Below are positions 26,079 through 36,400 of a stretch of 64,000 bases of DNA, one piece after another. Positions within the stretch are counted from its first letter, which is position 1; each line of letters begins with the position of its first letter. Location: the IMG/VR virus record IMGVR_UViG_3300033074_001542, positions 6,068-70,067 of that record. The stretch is one strand, 5' to 3'. The DNA is from a virus (Duplodnaviria; Caudoviricetes). The position numbers and the translations under genes were made by a program. Below the pieces are notes generated by a model. It was not told where the DNA came from, did not search any database, and worked only from the letters and a program-made list of their open reading frames with translations.

Positions 26079-26146
26079 GAGCTAGCGGTAGGCCCCTGGT
26101 TGTACTCAGGGGCTCTCCGCGAGGTCACTCGGCCTCGAGAAGGAGG
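26079..26146 (+). promoter_or_regulatory. Tandem hairpin element, family A copy 1
   Basis: CCCCTG-GTTGTACT-CAGGGG; GAGGTC-actc-GGCCTC; AAGGAGG. Confidence 0.65.
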
Positions 26147-26151
26147 TATCC

Positions 26152-26361
26152 ATGGGCGACACTGAATACATCCTGATTGGTATCAGCGCCTGCCAAGGGA
26201 AAGCGCGTGAGTTGCGCCAGGCACTGGAGGCCATCGATGCCGGCCGGAAGGCCGACAACCCCGGGCTTCCGTGGACGGAGGCCGAAGAGATCCTCACACA
26301 GAGCATCGTGAAACTGGAGGAGACCGAGGAGGAACTTCGGGAGCTCCTCAAGGAGGATTGA
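26152..26361 (+). CDS. Small acidic coiled-coil protein
   Basis: Strong RBS. Confidence 0.65.
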   Translation: MGDTEYILIGISACQGKARELRQALEAIDAGRKADNPGLPWTEAEEILTQSIVKLEETEEELRELLKED

Positions 26362-26362
26362 C

Positions 26363-26605
26363 ATGGTAGATGCAGAGACGAAGCAGCAAGCCCTGGATCT
26401 CTTCCACGAAAGGGCTTCTCGCAACAGCCACCCCGAGGGCCGGTTCGACAAGGCCGGCCGCTGGTACCCAAGCGAAGATGAAGAGCAGGTGTGCTGCTCC
26501 TCGATCCGACGCCCCTCACGGGCATGGCCATACTTCCTCATGGCGCACTGCCGATCTCTTCGACACGTCATCAACCTCGTGGAATCCAGGAAGGAGACGA
26601 AATGA
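26363..26605 (+). CDS. Conserved small phage protein (Cys/His)
   Basis: HPEGRFDKAGRWYP..CCSSIRRPSRAWPY..HCRSLRHV. Confidence 0.7.
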   Translation: MVDAETKQQALDLFHERASRNSHPEGRFDKAGRWYPSEDEEQVCCSSIRRPSRAWPYFLMAHCRSLRHVINLVESRKETK

Positions 26606-27012
26606 GCGTCAAAGTAATGGTCGAGATGGAAGTGACCGACGAGATGATCTACAGCCTGCTCTGCTGCGCCCTTGAGGGTGGTAGTAATTACTGGTACCGA
26701 ATCGCTAAGTACAAGGTGCCGGCCTACCCTATCGCTCGGGAGATGGGTGGTGAGATCTTCAAACACCTTGACTATCCGACGAGTCCCGACGGTGGGATCT
26801 ACCTGTACGACTCTGTCGACGACGATGAGCCAGGCATCTTCACCAAGGACCGGACATTCCTGCTCGACAAGGCCGCCCTGGAGCGCGGCATCGAGCTGAT
26901 GGCAAAGACCTACCCAGAACGAATCAAGGAGGTCCTGGAAGAAAACGAGGACGCCGACACAGGCGACGTCTTCCTTCAACTCTGCATGTTCGGGGAGGTG
27001 ATCTATGGTTAA
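26602..27012 (+). CDS. Acidic conserved phage protein
   Basis: ALEGGSNYW..DADTGDVFLQLCMFGEVIYG; AAGGAG RBS. Confidence 0.7.
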   Translation: MSVKVMVEMEVTDEMIYSLLCCALEGGSNYWYRIAKYKVPAYPIAREMGGEIFKHLDYPTSPDGGIYLYDSVDDDEPGIFTKDRTFLLDKAALERGIELMAKTYPERIKEVLEENEDADTGDVFLQLCMFGEVIYG

Positions 27013-27394
27013 CGGCCTCACCAACAAGGCGGACCGCTCACAGTTCTTCACGAGCTGCCTCAACGACAAGGACTGGCAGACGTGCGCTGTGGTCATTTCC
27101 AAGTTCGCTAAATCTGACATCGAGCGGCGCGAGCTGAGACGCCGCCTCTACCTCGCCAAGGGGGCCACAGCCCTCCTGAAGGAGGGATTCGCCGAGAAGA
27201 TCCTCACCGACATTCACAACTTGTTAGAAGTCTATGGTGGCGAGCTCAAGGCGACAGCCAACACCGACTACAACATGGAGTACTACTCGGTCGAGAACGT
27301 TCTCGACGAGCTGCATCGCCTCGCCAACGCCGCCGAGGATCTCGCTTCGGCGATCAAGGAAGAGTGCTACGAACGAGGAAGAAAGGGAGACTGA
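27005..27394 (+). CDS. Hypothetical protein
   Basis: GGGGAGG RBS. Confidence 0.65.
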   Translation: MVNGLTNKADRSQFFTSCLNDKDWQTCAVVISKFAKSDIERRELRRRLYLAKGATALLKEGFAEKILTDIHNLLEVYGGELKATANTDYNMEYYSVENVLDELHRLANAAEDLASAIKEECYERGRKGD

Positions 27395-27678
27395 TGACGA
27401 AAAACTTCACCACTCATCACATCAAGCGCCAGATGGCATCTCACGCAGAGGAGCTCAGTAAGAGATTTGAGCAGGAGAAGGCCGCCCTAAGCGCCGAGAA
27501 TCACCTGCTCACTCTCAAGCTGGAGGAGATGGCCGGTGCCATTCGCGAATGGGCGCTCGCCACCCAGGCCCTTCAGGATTTCATCGCCACCAATACCTAC
27601 GGCGCCACAAACACATCCGAGAAGATCGATCGTGTCTGGGATGCGGAGAAGAAGCTCCGCTCCTTCGTCACCGACTAG
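27394..27678 (+). CDS. Coiled-coil hypothetical protein
   Basis: TGATG overlap. Confidence 0.6.
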   Translation: MTKNFTTHHIKRQMASHAEELSKRFEQEKAALSAENHLLTLKLEEMAGAIREWALATQALQDFIATNTYGATNTSEKIDRVWDAEKKLRSFVTD

Positions 27679-27680
27679 AT

Positions 27681-27747
27681 GAGCTGACGGTAGCCCTCCG
27701 GTTGTACTCGGAGGGCCTCCGCGAGGTCATCTGATCTCGAGAAGGAG
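27681..27747 (+). promoter_or_regulatory. Tandem hairpin element, family A copy 2
   Basis: GCCCTCCG-GTTGTACT-CGGAGGGC; GAGGTCA-tc-TGATCTC; GAGAAGGAG. Confidence 0.65.
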
Positions 27748-27755
27748 AGCGCAGA

Positions 27756-29735
27756 ATGCGTATGACGATGGTATCGACCGATCCGCCCGCGTGGGCGATC
27801 GAGTCGTCGTATGACGAAAGGAAAATCCCAAGCGAGGCCAAGGCCTGGTGGCACCCGCAGTTCAAGTGTGACCGCTTCCCGAAATGCGCAGCCTGTAATG
27901 CTGGCCTCGGAAAGACGTGGTGGACGCGGGATCTGATCGTTGCCGCAAGGCTCGCCGGATACGCGGACAAGGCGACGCGAGAAGTCATTGAGGCAATGAT
28001 CAGGAAGACCTCTGATTCGATCGAGGCGAGCCGTGCAAGTGACGCCGACATCGACGTCCCTGTACCACCGGGGCTCACCTTGCTTCCTTTTCAGAAGGCC
28101 GGCGTGGCCTATGCGAAGGACGGGACCGGGACCCTCATTGGTGACGAAATGGGACTCGGGAAAACCGTCCAGGCGATCGCCTTGACGAACATCTGGTCTG
28201 ATGTCCACCGCGTCCTGGTGATCTGTCCGGCATTCCTCAGGATCAACTGGCAGCGTGAGTTCACTCGATGGAGCACGCGTGGCCTGAAGACCGGGATCGT
28301 CGACCGCTCAATCTGGCCGAGTGTTCCGGAGTGCGATCTCAAGGTCGTGATCACCAACTACGATGTGCTATCCAGGCACGTCGATGCGCTGAAGGTAGGG
28401 TGGGATCTCGTCATCCTGGACGAGGCCCACTACGTGAAAAACCCGGACGCCCAGCGCACGAAGCTGGCTCTTGGGGTGACGGCAAGGCGCCGCCTGTATC
28501 TGACCGGGACTCCGATGCTCAATCGTCCCAGAGAGCTCTGGACGCTGGTGAACTCGCTCGCCCCCAAGGTCTTCCCGTCAAAGTACGGATTCCTTCACCG
28601 CTACTGCGGGCCCGAACAGGTGTTCGTGCCCGGGAAAGGAATGGTCACCAAGTTCGATGGTGGCTCCAACCTGGACGAGCTTTACCGCAAGCTTCGAGAG
28701 TGGATCCTCCTACGACGCACCAAGGACGATGTGCTCAAGGACCTCCCACCGAAACGCCGCACGGTGATCTGCGTCGAGACCAATGGGTCGGATGCCCTGG
28801 TTCGTGAGGAGTTCGCGGCGCTCGAGAAGGCTTGCGAGAAAGCTGGTACGGCGGTCACTGACCTCGCCTATGAGGATGCGGTCGCTGCCTTACAGCAGGC
28901 CGAGGAGATTGCCTTCCAGGAGATGTCCGAGATTCGGCATGAGGTGGCCTTGGCGAAGGTGCCGAAGGTCATCGAGTACGTGCTTGGGATGCTAGAAGGC
29001 GGGATCGAAAAGGTGGTGGTCTTCTGCCACCACAAGGATGTGGCAGCCCAGCTCTTCGTCGGGCTCGCCGATTACTCTCCGGTCGTTTGCACCGGGGACA
29101 TGACCAAGGAGAACCGGCAGTGGAGCGTCGATACGTTCCAAACAAACAAGAGCGCTCGCGTGTTCGTAGGAACGATCATGGCGGCCGGCGTAGGGCTCAC
29201 CTTAACGGCTGCGTCCAACGTGGTTTTTGCCGAGCTCGACTGGGTCCCTGGGAACATCAGCCAGGCAGAGGACCGATGCCACCGCATCGGCCAACACGAT
29301 TCCGTGAACATCTACCATCTCGTCTTCGATGGGTCCCTGGATTCCAAGATGGCGAAGATGATCATCGAGAAGCAAGAAGTGGCGGACCGAACCCTGGACA
29401 GGGGAGAGGCGCCCGTTATCACACTTCCACCCGTCGTGGAGAGTAGAGATAAAGAAGTTCTATCTCTACCGAAACAAGAGCCCGCGCTTCCAGCGGAGGT
29501 GACCGCCTCCGTCCACGAGGGACTCCGGCTTCTTGCCGGAATGTGTGACGGCGCCCGGACGAGGGATGGAATGGGGTTCAACGGGACCGATACCGTCTTC
29601 GGGAAGGAGCTTGCCAGACTCCCATCCCTTACCCCGAGGCAGGCGCTGGCTGCCAAGAGGATGCTGAAGAAGTACCATGGACAGCTCGGCCCGGCGCTCG
29701 TGATGGCAATCTGGCCGGACTGGGAGGAACGATGA
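27756..29735 (+). CDS. SNF2-family (HARP/SMARCAL1-like) helicase
   Basis: LIGDEMGLGKT, LDEAH, LTGTPMLNRPRELW, VVFCHHK, GVGLTLTAAS, QAEDRCHRIGQ. Confidence 0.93.
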   Translation: MRMTMVSTDPPAWAIESSYDERKIPSEAKAWWHPQFKCDRFPKCAACNAGLGKTWWTRDLIVAARLAGYADKATREVIEAMIRKTSDSIEASRASDADIDVPVPPGLTLLPFQKAGVAYAKDGTGTLIGDEMGLGKTVQAIALTNIWSDVHRVLVICPAFLRINWQREFTRWSTRGLKTGIVDRSIWPSVPECDLKVVITNYDVLSRHVDALKVGWDLVILDEAHYVKNPDAQRTKLALGVTARRRLYLTGTPMLNRPRELWTLVNSLAPKVFPSKYGFLHRYCGPEQVFVPGKGMVTKFDGGSNLDELYRKLREWILLRRTKDDVLKDLPPKRRTVICVETNGSDALVREEFAALEKACEKAGTAVTDLAYEDAVAALQQAEEIAFQEMSEIRHEVALAKVPKVIEYVLGMLEGGIEKVVVFCHHKDVAAQLFVGLADYSPVVCTGDMTKENRQWSVDTFQTNKSARVFVGTIMAAGVGLTLTAASNVVFAELDWVPGNISQAEDRCHRIGQHDSVNIYHLVFDGSLDSKMAKMIIEKQEVADRTLDRGEAPVITLPPVVESRDKEVLSLPKQEPALPAEVTASVHEGLRLLAGMCDGARTRDGMGFNGTDTVFGKELARLPSLTPRQALAAKRMLKKYHGQLGPALVMAIWPDWEER

Positions 29736-29827
29736 GGTGGGAGATCATTGCTTGCCTGGTGATGTTCGCCGCGGGGCTTGCCGTCTACCTGGTGATGGAC
29801 GAGATGAATCGAGGTGACTGGCCATGA
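29732..29827 (+). CDS. Small membrane peptide
   Basis: MRWEIIACLVMFAAGLAVYLVMDEMNRGDWP, with ATGA overlaps at both ends. Confidence 0.45.
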   Translation: MRWEIIACLVMFAAGLAVYLVMDEMNRGDWP

Positions 29828-30135
29828 AGTACGCCACCGAGACCGTGCATCCAGGGCTTATCCATGACGGCCATGTCAGATCTGGGCCGGGTGGATATTC
29901 CACCAGATGGGTTTACATCCGATACCTCGACGAGTACTCGGAGAGATGGGTCATCACGAGACACCCGTCCACCGACAAGGCGGCCGCCAACAGGTGGGCC
30001 TGGTGGGGCGCTATCGAATCCATCCAGGCGATCGGGTGCGACAAGTGGGACGAGGTCCCGTCCTGGCAGAAACCCGACGGCATCTACGGAAGAACACTGG
30101 ACGCCGTCATAGCCCAGATAGAAGGGAGAGAGTGA
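29824..30135 (+). CDS. Hypothetical protein
   Basis: Operon context. Confidence 0.6.
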   Translation: MKYATETVHPGLIHDGHVRSGPGGYSTRWVYIRYLDEYSERWVITRHPSTDKAAANRWAWWGAIESIQAIGCDKWDEVPSWQKPDGIYGRTLDAVIAQIEGRE

Positions 30136-30359
30136 TGGGGCTCGCAGAGGCGTTGCTCGTTCTGATCATGGGGTTCCTGGTCGTGTTCATCATCCTGGGG
30201 GTGGCGAACATCATCCGGATGCTGGTGGATGCGTCCTACGTACCGCCACCCAACCACGACGAGATCGAGAAGGTTGAACAGATGCGTATCACAATGTCCG
30301 GGTGGAACCCGCCAGAACAGAAGTACGCAAGGGATCGAAGATCTGAGTACCGGCGCTAG
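30135..30359 (+). CDS. Small single-pass membrane protein
   Basis: MGLAEALLVLIMGFLVVFIILGVANII. Confidence 0.55.
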   Translation: MGLAEALLVLIMGFLVVFIILGVANIIRMLVDASYVPPPNHDEIEKVEQMRITMSGWNPPEQKYARDRRSEYRR

Positions 30360-30365
30360 AAATAG

Positions 30366-30407
30366 AAAGAGGGGGAGTCGCTTCGGCGGCTCCCCCTCTT
30401 TTTTTTT
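30366..30407 (+). terminator. Rho-independent terminator at the convergence of the early and late operons (possibly bidirectional)
   Basis: AGAGGGGGAGTCGC-TTCG-GCGGCTCCCCCTCT followed by a T-run. Confidence 0.9.
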
Positions 30408-30418
30408 ACGCGCGCGCG

Positions 30419-33400
30419 CTACTGGTACCTATCCATGGGGTCCGTCTTGTAGGCCACCACCGCTTGCCTGCGGAGCTCGTTGACGGCCCTGATGATCTCC
30501 TTGGCGTACTTGATCTTCTCGCTGTTCGACAGGGTGTTGTCCTTCAGGATCTCCATTCGGCGGCGCTGCAAGACGACGATGTCGTCGTTGATAGACTTCA
30601 TCACGTCGCTCCAGATCAGCGCCTTCTTGTTTGCCGGCCTGGCGAGGTATCTGTTGCCGGCATCTGAGTCGCCCTTGGCGACATAGGCATCGATCGTCTG
30701 CTTCGCCGTCCTTGTCTTGCCGTAGATGTCGCGGTACAGGATCGTCTCGTACCCAAAGGAGGAAGGCTCAGGAGGCATGAACCGTCCGAAGAGTTGCGAG
30801 TACTCTGATGGTGGCATCGGCTTTCCGACCTTCGTACTTACGTACTCGTCCGCGGCCGTCCGTGTTGACTTTGCCAGGGATCCCATCTTGTCGATGATGT
30901 ATGCGGTCTGGTCAGAGCTCGGTACGAACCCCTCCAGGTCTATCGCTCCGTTGGTAGCGTCCGACAAATTCTGCGCCGTCCTCCACATCGTGGAGGAGAT
31001 CGCCTTGCTGAGCTCCCCGGTATGTGGGCTCTGTCGATCCGGCGGCTCCAGGTCCTTCTGGCTCTCGAGCTCTATGGGCGTTCCGAAGAACAGGTCCTTC
31101 TTCGCTATGAGGCCGGCAGCCAGGTCCACGAGGGGAGGAGACGAGAAGGAGAGCAACTGCGACCCGATGCTTTTGCCGACCCGTGACGCGATCTCTGTTC
31201 CCGTTTCAAGGCCGGGCCGCTCCGGGTCCAGCTGGCGCTTCGCGCCATACAGGTTCCGCACCGCGTTGATCATGGGCGCCAATGATTTCGGGTTGCGTCG
31301 ATAGGCCTCATCCAGTGCTGCCTCGGCGCCGGTCATAAAGATCTGGCCGTAGACGAACCCCTTGGGGATTGCAACGATCTTTCCCCTGTACTCTTCGGGC
31401 ATCCCATCAACATCAGGGAGCCTGGTCCACATGTACAGGGACCCACCAGGCGTCTTGCGCTTGCGTTCGATCTCCTCGTCGTCCTTCGTCATCACCCAGT
31501 TGATGGCGGCCGGAACCGACAGCATCAAGACTCCGCGGGCCATCGTCGAGATCGGGTGGTTCTTGAGTGTCTGGTAGAACTTGTCCGCCGAGGCTATCCC
31601 GGCGTGCATGAACGGGCTGATGACCCCGAGAGATTTCAGTACCTCCGAGGATCCGTGGCGCGAAAAGTTGACGGTCACCTCGCGGGCCGCACGGCCCGCC
31701 TCGAGGTCGCTCAGGCCGCGGTCCTTCGCCAGGTTGAACTCGGCCCTTCTCGTCGCAGACTCGAACGGTTCCACGATTGCGTCCGCGAGCTGGAGCGGGT
31801 GGAAGATGCGGAGGACGCCCTTCATCAGTTTCGAGGTGCCATCCGTTTCGCGCATCATGTTCTCGTACTCTTGGCGGGCGATGCGCGTCGGCTCCCCGGT
31901 CAGGTTGGCAAACGAGCCGGCGGTCATCTTGTAGGCCAGACTCCTCTTTGCGTTGTCCTCTCCGCGGCGCACCCCCATCGAGGCTGCAACGGTCCTCAGG
32001 AGCTGGTAGTAGGGCGTGAACGGCATCTTCATGGCGCCGGTGACGCCGCCCAGCGCCTCCGATTGGATCGCCCGCGTCTGAACGTCGCGCCCTTGGTTCG
32101 CGATCGGGAAGAGCCAGTGGTGGGTTGTGAGCCACTTCAACGGGCGGGCCAGGGACAGGATCGACGCCCACCTCGCCACCTGTCCGCCGATATGCCGCGA
32201 CCCCACCGCCTCGTCCAGGAACTTGGCGATTCCTTCGTCGATCCTGAACTTGTTGTACTGGCCACCGTCCCAGTAGCCGAAGCTCAGGCTTCGCTTGTGG
32301 AAGTCCCGATCCTTCACGGCTTTCTTGTCTTCGCTTTCGGCCTTGATGATGTCCTTCAGGGTGGCATCCAGCTGTGCGATGGCATCGTCAGAGAGGCCAG
32401 TCTTGTCTTTGGACAGCTCGAATGCCGCCTTGAGCTTCACCCCGGTAGCCGAGAGGGGTGATCCTGATGATCCGCGGGAACGACGGACGGCGTTTCTCCA
32501 GTACACGGGGTTCGTGTCCACCGCCTTCCCGAGGGTGCGGTAGAGCCGGTTCCGTTCCGAGAGCGTGATCATCCGATGGGCGTACTCGATGGCCGCAAGC
32601 GTGTGATCCAGGGTCTCCCGCTCCGACCCCTGGAGTCTCTTTCCGATAGAGGAGACGCTCCTGGTGGATGCGCCGCCGGGCGAATAGATCTGGTCGAACA
32701 CGCGCTGCATGCTCGTGTAGTTCGGATACTTCAAGCGCAGGGTAGTCGCGAGCTCTTGCGGGATGGCCCCCGAGTTGACAACGTAATCAAGGACCGCCCC
32801 GTACCAAGCATCGAACTTCCTGGACAGTTTCAGGATCTTCTCGTTCGGCGGTTTCCCGCCGGTCCCCTCGATCTCATCTACGATCCGGGCCGCCTTCTTG
32901 AGATCCTTCCCCGTCTCGATGTACTCACCCGATGCGTTCTTCTCTTGCGAGACAGCGAGGGCATGCTTGCTCTCCCGGTACAGGGCGACCTTCAGGTAAT
33001 CAGGGCCGGCCTCCTTCATCAGCGCCTGGAACGGCTCAACATCATTCCTGAAGTCGAAGTCCCCGTCCCCTTTGATTCCACGCACAGGACCGTGCCACTT
33101 GCCGTTACTGTCTTGCTCACCGTAGAGGAAGCCAGACATGATCTTTCCAGAGAGACCGGCCATCTCGTCCGCCATCAAAGACGGGGACTCGAGGACGTGA
33201 AGGCGCTTCTGGCCATTGGCGTCCGTGTACTCGACCTTGTCCTCGAAGTGGCCCGAGGCCTCTTCCATAGATCGCACCGAGGCGGTGTAGTCGAGTAGCG
33301 CCGCCCTCATCGTCGCCGGCAGCTTGGCCGCGACGTGCTTCGGGATCCCTACGCCCTGTTGCAGTCGGTCGAGGGCTTCTTTGAGTTCTGGTCCGAGTGG

Positions 33401-36400
33401 GTCTCCGGCCTGCCTGCCTGAGTACTGATTCTTTTTCGTTCCCGGGAGGCCTTGATCTCCTCCAAGAATTTCTTCTCCAGATCCAGGTCCGACTCCCCGC
33501 CCATCTCCAGCTCCCTGTAGATTTGACCCCAGTTTTCCGGCATCTTCGACCCCTTTCTCCGGGATGAAATCAATCCCGGCGTCTGCGAGGGCATCATCAC
33601 CCTCCGGATCCTTTTTGTAAAGTTCTCGCACCCTGTCCATTTCGAGCATATGAAGTGCGAAAGACTCCGGGGTGTAGGCGTTCTTCTTCCGGATGATGTC
33701 GTCCAGGCCTTTCTTGATCTGGTCGAGCGTGAGCTGGGTCCCGCCTCTCGAGTCGCCGATCTGGTATTCGACATGGCCGACAAGCTTCTCCGGGTTTTCG
33801 TTCCACTTCCGGAAGAGCTTCATCGTCATCTGGTCTGGCGTGAAGAGATCGACGTTACGTTTCCCCTCCTCCGAGAAGACCTCATTGGCCGGCGTCCGGC
33901 GAACACCGTGCTCGGCCAGGGCGGCGTGGACACGGCGCTGGATCGAACCGGGCTCTGTCTTTGCCAGCATGGAGGCGACGACCTCGTCCTTGCTTTTGAC
34001 TGGGACAGGAGCTTCGGGGTCGAACTTGGTGTTCCAGGCGCCGAGAAGTTTCCCGTGATCCATGTAATAGATGAGTGACGGTTTCCCGTCCCCGCCGGGC
34101 ACGATCAGGAGTCCGGTGTTCGTCGACTTCGGGTCGGTCTGCTCCCAGAAGTTTCCGACGCTGTCAAGCTTCTCTCTGGGGATGACATCCCCGGCCGCTA
34201 TCCCGAGCTTGGCCGCTTCCTGCTTCGCTCGCTTGATGACGCCTTCGTATCCGATCCCTGCCGGCTGAAACATCAGGGCGCGGTCTTCGTACCCCATGTC
34301 CCGTACCAGGTGCCCGAGGGCCGTCCTGGCGGTATACCTCTGGCGCAAACGGACGATGCTGTCGTACCTGTCCTTCGCCATCTTGGTTGCCACGTCACGG
34401 TCAACATCCGCGATGAGGTTGAACAGCCTCTCGGCTTCCCCTCTCGGGTTCCATTTGTCAGTCTCTGCCTGCGGACGAGGTGTGATCTTCGGCAGGTTGC
34501 CGGGCCCCTCGTCAAACTTCTTGGGTAGAACGTACGGCTCCGCCGGCGTCTTCAGGGTGACGACGGATGGTTTTCCGGTCGTCACGATTCCGCTCTCCGT
34601 GATCGAAACGAGCCCCTTCCTGGTCAGCTCATTGAGTCCTTCACGGAGGATGGGAAGCTCCTTCGGTCCCTCGTAGATCGCATCCCGGAAAGCCTTCGGC
34701 AGCTCGGCCACACCGTTGTCGGTGAGAACGAGCGAGTGGACCTTTCTGCCCTTGTACTCGAACCCGGCGCCATCCCAGTCCTGCCCAGGCGGAACGTAGG
34801 TCGGAGAGAGGAGACCGCGCTCGATGAGGTCGACCACGTTCCCCTTCGGGAGCGAGGCCGCAACCTTCGACGGGATCGTCGCGTCCGTGATGTCGAACCC
34901 CTCGTCGGCAACCCTGCCGGCGCCACCATGAGCTTTGATCACTTCGTTTGCGATCCTCTGTAGGGTCACGTCGGCGGTCCTGGTGATCGGGATCTCGTCA
35001 CTCCCAGGGATACGGACGCTCACAACATCACGCACAAGGAGATCTCGCTTCTGGGCCCGGCGCTCGGCTACCGCACGGGCGATACGGGATGCGGCCCTGT
35101 GACCAGCCTCGGTCAGCCTCGCGTCTGCCAGACTTTTTACCCATACCGGAATCGATGTCTTTGGTGCGTGTTCTTTTACGTCGGAGACTTCTTTCCCGTA
35201 GGCCCTCACGTCAGCGACGGTATCGAGCTTGCGCCAGACCGTCTTCCCCTCGGCGCCCACCTCCACCATGATGCGACCCTTGTCCTTACCCAGGGCCAAA
35301 AGTCCCTCCTCACGCATCCGTCTGATCACCCAGCCGATCCTGTCTGCTTTCAGGCCTGGAATTTCGCTCAGCCATTCAGTCACAGTTTCGAGTGGGACCC
35401 GGTCGGGCATCGAAGGCTTGTCCAGCTCTGCCGCGGCCTTCGGGAACATCCGGACGATCTTGGTTGCGATATCGGAATCCACCTCACCTTCGATGCCCCG
35501 TTTCAACGAAGCTCTTGATCGTTCCGCGTCGGATTTTCCGAGGGACGCCCCGAGCTTGGATACCGCGGAGGAGTACATCCTCCGGATGGCGTGCTCGCTG
35601 CTCCCGAGGTCCCTCACTAGTTCCGCCATCGGCAGGGCGGCGTCGGGGGATTCCAGTAGCTTTTCGCCTACCTTCCTGGCGATGTATCGCTCCTCTTTGG
35701 TGAGCGCCTCGAACGCTTTGTCCTGCGTCTCCTCGAGACTGCGCCGGATGATCTCCTCATCAGCTGGCTTGACCCTGGCGTCGGCGACGAGTTCCCCGTA
35801 CGAGGTATCGTCCTCGCCTTCCCTGCCACGCCGCGCCGTGGCGTCGAGAGAGATCTCGCTGGACTGAAGCTCCTGACGCTTCAGGTGATTCTTGATGACC
35901 GCTTCGGTTATTCCCTCGTTACCTTTTTCTCGGAGAGACTCAACGACCTCCTGCGTCGTTGGTTCGCGATCGAGATCATTACGGAGAGCGTCGTACTCCT
36001 TGTCGATGATCTGCCCGATCCTGACGGCATTCTTTCCGGCGAGTCCACCGCCACGAGACAGGTAGATCGCATCGGTCATGGCTTGCTGGGCGGCAACGTT
36101 GACCGTCCGACCCAGGGATTCGATACCCTTCACGCCGGCCTCACGCTGCTTGATGTACTTGTCGACGACTCTCAGGGCCGCATCGTTACCAGCATCAACC
36201 AGGTCCTCGAACCTGACGCCGGTGCCGCGGCGCATCCTGGTTGCCGTGCCAGCGACGGTGAACAGGGACCGCCCGAGCAGGTCCTCGTAGGTAGCCTTGG
36301 CTTCCTCCGCTGGGCTCAGGTCTTTCGGGACACCGCGCTCCGTCAGCTCTCCTTCGAATGCAGATCTCAGGGTGTTGTAGTAGTCCTTGATCCTGACCCG

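Noticed and set aside
30408-30419. ACGCGCGCGCGC run next to the terminator as a Z-DNA element
   Set aside because: It is short, occurs once and is plausible by chance in a GC-rich genome; nothing else supports a function.
33050-33080. GIKGDGDFDF in the giant protein as a possible RNA polymerase DFDGD catalytic motif
   Set aside because: The residue order is wrong (GDGDFD, not DxDGD) and there is no surrounding RNAP context, so a virion RNA polymerase is not supported.
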